64,000 nt of DNA from contig JAJDEP010000014.1 of assembly GCA_029259715.1 (NCBI GenBank), positions 259,551 to 323,550 of the forward strand, in the 5' to 3' direction. How positions within the stretch are numbered: position 1 is the stretch's first letter; each line of letters starts with the position of its first letter. The position numbers were made by a program, and so were the translations under genes. Positions 20,452 to 28,300 of the stretch are shown piece after piece. A model generated the notes under the pieces. The model did not search any database. It saw only the letters and a list, made by a program, of their open reading frames with translations, and was not told the DNA's origin. The DNA comes from Planctomycetota bacterium (GTDB lineage Bacteria > Planctomycetota > B15-G4).

Positions 20452-22985
20452 GCGACCGCTTCGCGCGGATCGAGGCGCTGTTCCAGGAGGCGCGGCGGCT
20501 GCCGGCGGATCAACGCAGCGCGCTACTGGCCGGTTCCCCGGCCGACCTCCGCGAGGAGGTCGAGTCGCTGCTGCGCGAGCACGACCGCGACACCCAACCG
20601 TTCCTCGAGACCCCCGCCCTGGGCAAGGACTTCAAGGTGGCGCCGGTGCCCGCCGAGACCATGGTGGTGCCCGAGCGCATCGGTCCCTATCGCATCCTCG
20701 AGCGGATCGGCGAGGGCGGCATGGGCGCCGTGTACCTGGCCGAGCAGGACCAGCCGCGGCGGGTCGTCGCGCTCAAGATCATCCGACCGGGCTGGGCCAC
20801 GCCGGCCATGCGCCGACGCTTCCAGCACGAAGCCGAGGTCCTCGGTCGGTTGCGGCATCCGGGCATCGCACAGATCTACGACGCCGGGCTCGACGAGCAG
20901 GAACACGGCGACTTCCCCCACATCGCCATGGAGTACGTCGACGGGCGACCCTTGCACGAGTACATCGCCAAGGAGCACCCCGACCTCGCCGAGCGGCTCG
21001 ACCTGTTCGCCCAGGTCTGTGACGCCGTCGAACACGCCCACGCCAAGGGTGTGATCCACCGCGACCTCAAGCCGGGGAACATCCTCGTGGAGGATGTCGA
21101 CGGCAAGCCGCGCCCGCGGGTGCTCGACTTCGGCATCGCGCGCATCACCGACGCCGATGTGGCTCTCACCACCATGCGCACGAGCCTCGGTCAGCTCGTC
21201 GGCACGCTGCAATACATGAGTCCCGAGCAGGCCGCCGGTGACTCGACCCAGCTCGACCACCGCAGCGACGTCTACTCGCTGGGCGTGATCCTGTTCGAGA
21301 TGCTCACGGGGCGGCTGCCCTACGACCTCGGCAAGGGCATGGTCCATCAGGCGGTGAGCGTGATCCAACACGAGGAACCCACCGCGCTGGCCGCCATCGA
21401 CACGAGCCTGCGGGGCGACCTCGACACCATCGTGGGCAAGGCCCTGGAGAAGGACCGGCAGCGGCGCTACCCGTCGGCGGGCGCCCTGGCGGCCGACATC
21501 CGCCGCTTCCTCGCCCACGAGCCGATCCTGGCCCGGGCGCCCAGCACGCTCTACCAACTCGGCAAATTCGCGCGACGCAACCGCATCCTGGTGGCCGGCG
21601 TGTCGGCCGTGATCGTGGCCTTGTCCGTGGGCCTGGCCAGCACCCTCTGGCAATGGCGCGAGACCGAGGCCCAGCGCGCACTGGCCGAGGGTCGATTCGA
21701 GGACCTGGACGAGCTCGCACGCTTCTTCATCGCCGAGTTCGACTCGACGCTCATGCACGTGCCCGGCACGCTGGAGGCTCGGCGACTGATCGTCTCGCGC
21801 GGCCTCGACTACCTCGACCGGCTCGCGCAGGAATCGGAGCTCGACCCCGAACGGCAGCAGACGATCATCTCGGGCTACTCGCGCATCGGTGACATCCAGG
21901 GCGCCCCGCAGCAACCCAACATCGGCGACGTCGGCGGCGCCCTCGCCAGCTACCGCAAGGCCCTCGCCCTCAATCAAGGCCTGCTGAACGACGAGCGGGG
22001 GTGGCACACGCCCCACCTGTCTCAGGCCAGCCTGCTCGCGCGCATGGGCGACGTGTTCTCCTACCAGCAGGCCTACGAAAAGGCGCTCGAGCACTATCAG
22101 CAGGCCCTCGTGTATTGGAACGAGTACCACGACCGGGCGGCGACGTCTCCGCGTCCCCCCAATCCCTATCGCGATCGCATCGCCGAGCGGCTGCTGACCC
22201 TCGGACGGCAGGCCCAGGCCGACGACGAGTTCCGCATCGCCCACGAGGAGGCGGTGCACTGGGCCGCGCTGCACCCGGGGGAGTGGAAGATCGAGCGCCA
22301 TGTGCTCGTGGCACTGATGAAGGTCGCCATGCAGGAGGAGCGCGGTCAACGCCTCGAGGAGAGCCTCACGCACTACGCCGAGTACCTCGAACTCGGCCAC
22401 CGGTTGTTGGCGGACGAGCCCCACAACGCGATCCTGCTGCGCGACCTCGCCACCGGCTACAACCGCCGGCGCGACGTGCAGGTGGCGCTCGGGCGCACCG
22501 CCGAGGCCCTCCGCGACAACACCCAGGCGGAGCACTACTACTCCCAGCTCGTCGAGGCCGACCCCACCAGCGCGCAGGCCCTCATGGACTGGGCCCTGGC
22601 CGTCAACGCCGCCGGCGAGATGGCCCTCGCGGCCGGCGACCTGCCCGAGGCCCGCTCGAGGTTCGAGCAGTTCTGCGACATCTCGGCGCAGCTGGTCGCG
22701 CGCGACCCCGATCACTCGGGCTACCTACGCCGTCGCGGCGTGGCCCTGTTCAAGATGGGCGAGTACCACAAGGCGCGGGAGGAGTGGGCCCTCGCCCGGG
22801 ACTGGTTCCACCAGAGTTACAAGCACTTCCGCAACATGGAGTCCCGCGGCCTCATCTGGCAGAGCGACCTCGACGCCGGCGTCATCGAGGAGATCGCGGG
22901 AGAGATCACCGCGTGCATAGGCGCGGATCTGCAGCAGGCCGAGGCCGAGCTGAAGCAGGCGCCCCTCGCGCCCGAGGGGCCGTAG
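20448..22985 (+). CDS. Ser/Thr protein kinase with TM segment and C-terminal TPR-like repeats
   Basis: GEGGMGAVY, ALK, HRDLKPGNIL, DFGIA, SPEQ. TM ILVAGVSAVIVALSVGLAS. A C-terminal helical-repeat region. Start at the internal ATG (MSDRFARIEALFQEA). The upstream 117 codons of the ORF are Arg-rich junk. Confidence 0.85.
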   Translation: MSDRFARIEALFQEARRLPADQRSALLAGSPADLREEVESLLREHDRDTQPFLETPALGKDFKVAPVPAETMVVPERIGPYRILERIGEGGMGAVYLAEQDQPRRVVALKIIRPGWATPAMRRRFQHEAEVLGRLRHPGIAQIYDAGLDEQEHGDFPHIAMEYVDGRPLHEYIAKEHPDLAERLDLFAQVCDAVEHAHAKGVIHRDLKPGNILVEDVDGKPRPRVLDFGIARITDADVALTTMRTSLGQLVGTLQYMSPEQAAGDSTQLDHRSDVYSLGVILFEMLTGRLPYDLGKGMVHQAVSVIQHEEPTALAAIDTSLRGDLDTIVGKALEKDRQRRYPSAGALAADIRRFLAHEPILARAPSTLYQLGKFARRNRILVAGVSAVIVALSVGLASTLWQWRETEAQRALAEGRFEDLDELARFFIAEFDSTLMHVPGTLEARRLIVSRGLDYLDRLAQESELDPERQQTIISGYSRIGDIQGAPQQPNIGDVGGALASYRKALALNQGLLNDERGWHTPHLSQASLLARMGDVFSYQQAYEKALEHYQQALVYWNEYHDRAATSPRPPNPYRDRIAERLLTLGRQAQADDEFRIAHEEAVHWAALHPGEWKIERHVLVALMKVAMQEERGQRLEESLTHYAEYLELGHRLLADEPHNAILLRDLATGYNRRRDVQVALGRTAEALRDNTQAEHYYSQLVEADPTSAQALMDWALAVNAAGEMALAAGDLPEARSRFEQFCDISAQLVARDPDHSGYLRRRGVALFKMGEYHKAREEWALARDWFHQSYKHFRNMESRGLIWQSDLDAGVIEEIAGEITACIGADLQQAEAELKQAPLAPEGP

Positions 22986-23050
22986 CTCTCGGCCGCAGCG
23001 TCACCCCGGCCCCCGGCCCCCGGGCGCCGGGCGCCCATGCCCCGCCCCGC

Positions 23051-24727
23051 CTAGTGCCGGAAGTGCCGCGCCCCGGTGAACACCATGGCCAGCCCATGCT
23101 CGTCCGCGGCCGCCACCGATTCCTTGTCGCGAATGGATCCGCCGGGCTGGATCACGGCCGTCACCCCCACCGCCGCCGCCTCGTCGATGGAGTCGCGGAA
23201 GGGGAAGAACGCATCGGACGCGAGCACCGCGCCCTGGGCCCGGTCGCCGGCCTTGTGCGCCGCCATGAAGGCGCTGTCGACGCGGCTCATCTGCCCCGCG
23301 CCCACGCCCACCACCGCGCCGTCCTTGACCAGCACGATGGCGTTGCTCTTCACGTGCTTGCACACGCGCCAGGCGAACTCGAGGTCGGACGACTCGGCCA
23401 CGCTCGGTTGGCGCTGCGTGGCGACCACCCGCTCCTCGTGGTTGAAGCCGACGTCGCGCGCCTGGACCAGCCAGCCGTCGGTGACGCTGCGGATGTTCGG
23501 GTCGCCCGCCAACGGCACGCCGTCGCGGGGCAGCTCGCCCACCGAGAGCAGGCGCACGTTCTTGCCCCACTTGGCGCCGGTCTTGAGCACCTCGACGGCC
23601 CCGTCCTCGAAGGACGGCGCGATGATCACCTCGAGGAAGCGGTCGGGCTTGGCGATGGATTCGGCGAAGGCCACGGTGAGCGGCCGGTTGAGCGCCACGA
23701 TGCCGCCGAAGGCCGACTGGGGGTCGCCGCTCCACGCCCGCTCGAAGGCCTCCTCGAGGGTCGCGCCCACGCCGCAACCACAGGGGTTGGTGTGCTTGAT
23801 CACCGCCGCGGCGGGACCGTCGAACTCCTTGACCAGCTCGAGGGCCGCGTCGGAGTCGAGGATGTTGTTGTACGACAGCGCCTTGCCGCCGAGCTGCTCG
23901 GCCGTGGCGATGGAGGGCCCGCTCGCGCCGGCCTTGCGGATGAAGGCCGCCGGCTGATTGGGGTTCTCGCCGTAACGCAGGGCCTGGGAGGCGCCGGCGC
24001 CCGTGAGCAGGCCGGTCCAGTCGGGCGCTCCGTCGGCGTCGGCGCCCGCAGCGTTCGCAGCCCCTGCGGCATTCCCGGCGCCCGCGGCATTCGCGGTGAA
24101 CCACTGGCCGATGGCGGCGTCGTACGCGGCCGTGCGCAGGAAGGCCTTGGTGGCCAGGGCGCGCCGCGCGGTCAGGCCCGCGTCGTCGGCGCCGCCGCCG
24201 TCGGCGCCGCCGTCAGCATCGCGGTCGGCGTCAAGCCCCGCGAGCACGTCGCCGTAGTCGGCCGGGTCGACGACCACCCACACCGAAGCGTGGTTCTTCG
24301 AGGCCGAGCGGATCATGCTCGGCCCGCCGATGTCGATGTTCTCGATGGCCTGCTCGGGCGTCACCCCGGGCTTGGAGACGGTGGCCTCGAAGGCGTAGAG
24401 GTTGCAGGCGACGACGTCGATGGCGCCGATGTCGTGCGCCTCCATGGCGGCCACGTGGCCCGGCTCGCTGCGCAGGGCGAGCAGTCCGCCGTGCACCCGC
24501 GGGTGCAACGTCTTGAGCCGGCCGTCCATCATCTCGGGGAAGCCCGTGACGTCGGCGATGTCCACCACCTCGACGCCCCCTTCCCGCAGCGCCTTCGCGG
24601 TACCGCCGGTGGAGATGATCTGGAAGTCGCGTTCGGCCAGCCCGCGGCCGAACTCCACGATGCCGGTCTTGTCCGTGACGGACAGCAAAGCCCTTCTCAC
24701 TGGTGTCGCTCCTGTGTTGTCACTCAC
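23051..24727 (-). CDS. purH: bifunctional AICAR transformylase / IMP cyclohydrolase
   Basis: RALLSVTDKTG, the MGS-like domain and the AICARFT domain are conserved. There is a low-complexity D/G/A-rich insert in the interdomain linker. Confidence 0.9.
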   Translation of the reverse strand: MSDNTGATPVRRALLSVTDKTGIVEFGRGLAERDFQIISTGGTAKALREGGVEVVDIADVTGFPEMMDGRLKTLHPRVHGGLLALRSEPGHVAAMEAHDIGAIDVVACNLYAFEATVSKPGVTPEQAIENIDIGGPSMIRSASKNHASVWVVVDPADYGDVLAGLDADRDADGGADGGGADDAGLTARRALATKAFLRTAAYDAAIGQWFTANAAGAGNAAGAANAAGADADGAPDWTGLLTGAGASQALRYGENPNQPAAFIRKAGASGPSIATAEQLGGKALSYNNILDSDAALELVKEFDGPAAAVIKHTNPCGCGVGATLEEAFERAWSGDPQSAFGGIVALNRPLTVAFAESIAKPDRFLEVIIAPSFEDGAVEVLKTGAKWGKNVRLLSVGELPRDGVPLAGDPNIRSVTDGWLVQARDVGFNHEERVVATQRQPSVAESSDLEFAWRVCKHVKSNAIVLVKDGAVVGVGAGQMSRVDSAFMAAHKAGDRAQGAVLASDAFFPFRDSIDEAAAVGVTAVIQPGGSIRDKESVAAADEHGLAMVFTGARHFRH

Positions 24728-24755
24728 GTGTCGTCGCTCCCACCGCGGGCGGCAC

Positions 24756-25851
24756 TCACCGCTTGCGGCTCCTCAGGTAGGTCTCGATGAAGGGCTGGAT
24801 GCCGCCGTCGAGCACCGATTGGGTGTTGCCGATCTCGTGGTCGGTGCGGTGGTCCTTCACCATCTGGTAGGGGTGCAGGACGTAGCTGCGGATCTGGTGT
24901 CCGAAGCCGATGTCGCCCTTCACGCCCTGGATGTCGGCGAGCTCGGCGGCCCGCTCGGACTCGGCCCGGGTGGCGAGCTTGGCGCCGAGCATCTTCATGG
25001 CCGTGTTGCGGTTCTTGTGCTGGCTGCGCTCGCTCTGGCACGCCACCACGATGCCCGTGGGGATGTGCGTCAGGCGCACGGCGGAGTCGGTCTTGTTGAC
25101 GTGCTGGCCGCCCGCGCCCCCCGCGCGGAAGGTGTCGACGCGCAGGTCGTCGCTCTTGATCTCCGGCGCCTCGGCGTCGTCGAGCTCGGGCATGATCTCC
25201 ACCGCGGCGAAGCTCGTCTGGCGCCGGCTGGCCGCGTCGAAGGGCGAGATGCGCACCAGACGATGCACGCCGTTCTCGGCGCGCAGGTAGCCGTAGGCCC
25301 AGTCGCCCTTCACGAGCATGGTGGCCCACTTCACGCCGGCCTCGTCGCCCTCGAGCTTGTCCACCAGCTCGTACTCGTAGCCCTGCTCCTCGCACCAGCG
25401 CCCGTACATGCGCATGAGCATGGCGGCCCAGTCGCACGACTCCGTGCCGCCGGCGCCGGCCTGCACCGAGAGGTAGGCGTTGCGCACGTCGTACTGACCG
25501 TCGAGCATGACGCGGAACTCGAGCCGCTCCATGTCGGCGTTGACGGCCTCCGACATCTGCTCGGTCTCGGCCACGACGGCTTCGTCCTCGGTCGCCAGCT
25601 CGACCATCACTTCGAGGTCGTCGAGCTGGGCGTCCATCGCCAGCAACGGATCGAGGCTCGCCTTCACCCGCTTGAGTTCGCCGACGACGACCTGGGCCGA
25701 CTCCTGGTCATTCCAGAAACCGTCGGCGGCCATCTTGTCTTCGAGTTCGGTCCGGCGTCCGCTCAGGCGATCCGAGTCAAAGAGAGTCCTTGATCTGGTT
25801 GAGGCGACGGCGGATGTCGGTGGCGCGGGCCTTTACGTCGTCGAGGGCCAT
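24756..25851 (-). CDS. prfB: peptide chain release factor 2 with programmed +1 frameshift
   Basis: Frame-0 start [24 protein letters not shown], then CTT TGA C. Frame +1 continues [22 protein letters not shown]..., with the SPF motif and the GGQ motif ([16 protein letters not shown]). Confidence 0.9.
25776..25782 (-). promoter_or_regulatory. prfB: RF2 autoregulatory +1 frameshift heptamer CUU UGA C with upstream SD-like AGGA
   Basis: Minus-strand mRNA reads AAGGACUCUCUUUGACUC. The in-frame UGA is followed by a +1 reading frame encoding the rest of RF2. Confidence 0.85.
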
Positions 25852-26154
25852 GATTCGTTCCGGACTCTGGGGTGGCGAAAACGGCAGAGTCTAGCGAATC
25901 ACCGGGAGCCGATCAGCGGGCGGGCGCCGATCACTGGGCGGGCCCTGCCCCGGGGTCCGGATGGTCTCTGAGTGCGGTCGGGCCGAGAACTGAGGCTGGT
26001 GCATCCTGGTGTCGAATCAACGAGGGACGACCCGACCGCGTGTCAGGAGAGACGTGTGCCGGCCCCTCGAGCCGATCACAACCCACCCTTCGTCGACACC
26101 CGCCGGTGTCTTGAGCGCTCGGGATCACGCTGGGCGTGAGCGAGCCCGTTGGCT

Positions 26155-26240
26155 GGGCCCCGTCGAGGGGGCCCCGTCGAGGGGGCCCCGTCGAGGGGGT
26201 CCCGTCGAGGGGGTCCCGTCGAGGGGGTCCCGATGAGTCG
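26155..26240. repeat. 14-bp direct tandem repeat (GCCCCGTCGAGGGG x3, GTCCCGTCGAGGGG x2, plus a degenerate partial copy)
   Basis: Read directly in the sequence just 3' of the coaC stop. Each unit can fold as a CCCC-GUCGA-GGGG hairpin. 14 is not a multiple of 3, so it is non-coding. Confidence 0.85.
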
Positions 26241-26247
26241 GGCCCGC

Positions 26248-26793
26248 TCAGTCGGCGGAAGCGTGGGCCGCCTCGATGGCCGCGATGATGTCCGCTTCAA
26301 GGGCGAGGGCGCCCTGACCCGTCTCGCCGCACGCCAGGGTCTTCTCCACCGGCTCAACGATGTGGAAGCGTTCCCACCCGGCGAGGGTGTCGAGGTTCGC
26401 GCGCACGGCGGGGTTCTCCCACATGGCGGTGTTCATGGCCGGCGCGAGCACCACCGGCACCGACGCACGGCTGGCCAGCACCACCGTGCTGAGCAGGTCG
26501 TCGGCCAGGCCATGGGCGAAACGGCCGAGCGTGTTGGCCGTGGCCGGCGCCACGGCGATGACGTCGGGCCAACGGGCGAGCTGGATGTGCTCGATGCTCG
26601 CGTCGGCCGTCTCCCAGAGGGAGGTGGCCACCGGGCGGCCCGAGAGCACCTCGAACGTCATCGGCGTCACGAAGCGCTGCGCTGCGTCGGTCATGACCAC
26701 CTGCACCTCGTGGCCGTGATCCGTCAAGCGACGCAGCACCTCGCAGGACTTGTAGGCCGCGATACCGCCGGTGATGCCGAGGAGCACCTTCAC
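26248..26793 (-). CDS. coaC: phosphopantothenoylcysteine decarboxylase (flavoprotein)
   Basis: GITGGIAAYK, PAMNTAMW. GTG start overlaps the coaB stop (GTGA). The ORF-track start at 26832 would overlap coaB by 43 nt. Confidence 0.8.
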   Translation of the reverse strand: MKVLLGITGGIAAYKSCEVLRRLTDHGHEVQVVMTDAAQRFVTPMTFEVLSGRPVATSLWETADASIEHIQLARWPDVIAVAPATANTLGRFAHGLADDLLSTVVLASRASVPVVLAPAMNTAMWENPAVRANLDTLAGWERFHIVEPVEKTLACGETGQGALALEADIIAAIEAAHASAD

Positions 26794-27434
26794 GAGGTGG
26801 TCAGCTCCGACTGCGAGCGCTCGCCGATCCATGTCATCAGCGCAGACGCGAGCGAGGCCTTGCCGCGGACACGGGCCTCGACGCCGCGGGGGCCCACCAG
26901 CACGGCCGCATGATCGTCGTCGCCGATGGCCGCGGCATCGTTCGCAACCACCAGGTCGAGGTGTGCCCGTTGCCGCAGCGACTCGGCGGCCTCGACGAGT
27001 CGGCCTTCATCGACATCCGAGAGCAGCTTGAATCCCACCAGCAACGCCTCGGGGGCCAGCGCGCGCAGCCCGTCGATGAGCTTGGGAGCCCGCCGCAGTC
27101 GGATCACCAGCTCCTCGGCATCGGAGCTCAGCTTGCCCGACGACCGTTCGGGGATGTAGTCGGACACCGCCGCCGCATGGATGACCACATCGGCCTCCGG
27201 CACCCACTGCCGCAGCAGGTCACACAGCTCCGCCGACGTGTCGAACCAGTGCGTCTCCACGGTCGCGTCGGGACGAGCCCTCGCTCCCCGCGCCATCAGC
27301 AAGACCACGTCGAATCCAGCCTGCACGGCGGCATCAGCCACGCGGGCGCCGAGGCGTCCGGTACTGGTGTTCGCCACGACCCGCACGTCATCGATGGGTT
27401 CGCGGGTGCCGCCCGCGGTCAAGACGATGCGCAT
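26790..27434 (-). CDS. coaB: phosphopantothenate--cysteine ligase
   Basis: LTAGGTREPIDDVRVVANTSTGRLG, AAAVSDY, FKL motifs of CoaB. Confidence 0.8.
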   Translation of the reverse strand: MRIVLTAGGTREPIDDVRVVANTSTGRLGARVADAAVQAGFDVVLLMARGARARPDATVETHWFDTSAELCDLLRQWVPEADVVIHAAAVSDYIPERSSGKLSSDAEELVIRLRRAPKLIDGLRALAPEALLVGFKLLSDVDEGRLVEAAESLRQRAHLDLVVANDAAAIGDDDHAAVLVGPRGVEARVRGKASLASALMTWIGERSQSELTTS

Positions 27435-27439
27435 GGGCG

Positions 27440-28168
27440 CTACTTGGCGTTCGCCCCGCCGTGGACCGGCGCATACACCGCACCCGACGAGAGCACCAGC
27501 AGGTCGTCCACCACGAAATCACCGAGGACTTCAGAGGGCGGCAAGACCAGGTCGACCGATCCGACGGACAGTTCGACCCAGCCGATCACGATGCTCGAGA
27601 GCGACGCAGAGGTCCCGTCGTCGCCGTTGATGGAGACCGACGCGGACGTCGGGCCGATGATGGGATCGTTGAGCACCACGGCGATGTCGTAGCCGACCTT
27701 CGGGACGTACGGCATGACGATGTTGCCCGCCACCACGATGTCACCGCTGGGCGTGAACTCGACGTCGATGAGCGGCGTGTCGCCCTCGTCGGAGACGCGC
27801 ATGTAGAAGTGACCCACGGACCGTCGCGGCTCGATGAAGATCGAAGCCGAGATGCGCGTGCTCTGGGCTTCAGTGGTGTCGACCAGGCCCCGCAGCACGG
27901 CGAGGGAGCCCGTGTTGGTGGCGATGAGCCGTCCGCCTCCCTGGGGATCGACCTCGACGACGAACGCGTCGTTGGCCGACAGGTCGTCGAATTCGCCGAC
28001 CTGGGCCATGGGCGTAGCCCCGAGCGTTCCGCCGTCGCCGTCGGCGTCGAAGTTGGCCAGGAACAGCACGGTCGGACGCAACATCAGTCCCGTCACCGGA
28101 ATCGTGGCGGCCAGCAACAGCGCGCACAGCACCGGGAACCCGCGTCGTGAACGGATGGTTCGGGACAT
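27440..28168 (-). CDS. hypothetical secreted protein (possible Tat signal SRRGFPVL)
   Basis: High-GC3 ORF. N-terminal MSRTIRSRRGFPVLCALLLAATIPVTG. No recognisable domain. Ends 5 nt before coaB. Confidence 0.5.
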   Translation of the reverse strand: MSRTIRSRRGFPVLCALLLAATIPVTGLMLRPTVLFLANFDADGDGGTLGATPMAQVGEFDDLSANDAFVVEVDPQGGGRLIATNTGSLAVLRGLVDTTEAQSTRISASIFIEPRRSVGHFYMRVSDEGDTPLIDVEFTPSGDIVVAGNIVMPYVPKVGYDIAVVLNDPIIGPTSASVSINGDDGTSASLSSIVIGWVELSVGSVDLVLPPSEVLGDFVVDDLLVLSSGAVYAPVHGGANAK

Positions 28169-28300
28169 CGAAGTCTTCACGGAGAGAGAGCAGCTGTCGG
28201 GAGCGTTCGTCCGTACGAATCGGGACGCACCCTGCCCACCATGGAGCGGCCCAAGTATACACCCTGCGTCCAGAGCCCGGGGCCAGCGGAACTGCTCAGG

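Noticed and set aside
20523-22715. 730-aa minus-strand ORF
   Set aside because: Antisense to the STK-TPR kinase.
22986-23050. Possible terminator hairpin between convergent kinase and purH genes
   Set aside because: Only short or imperfect GC stems (GGCCG/CGGCC with an 11-nt loop). Not convincing without folding energy.
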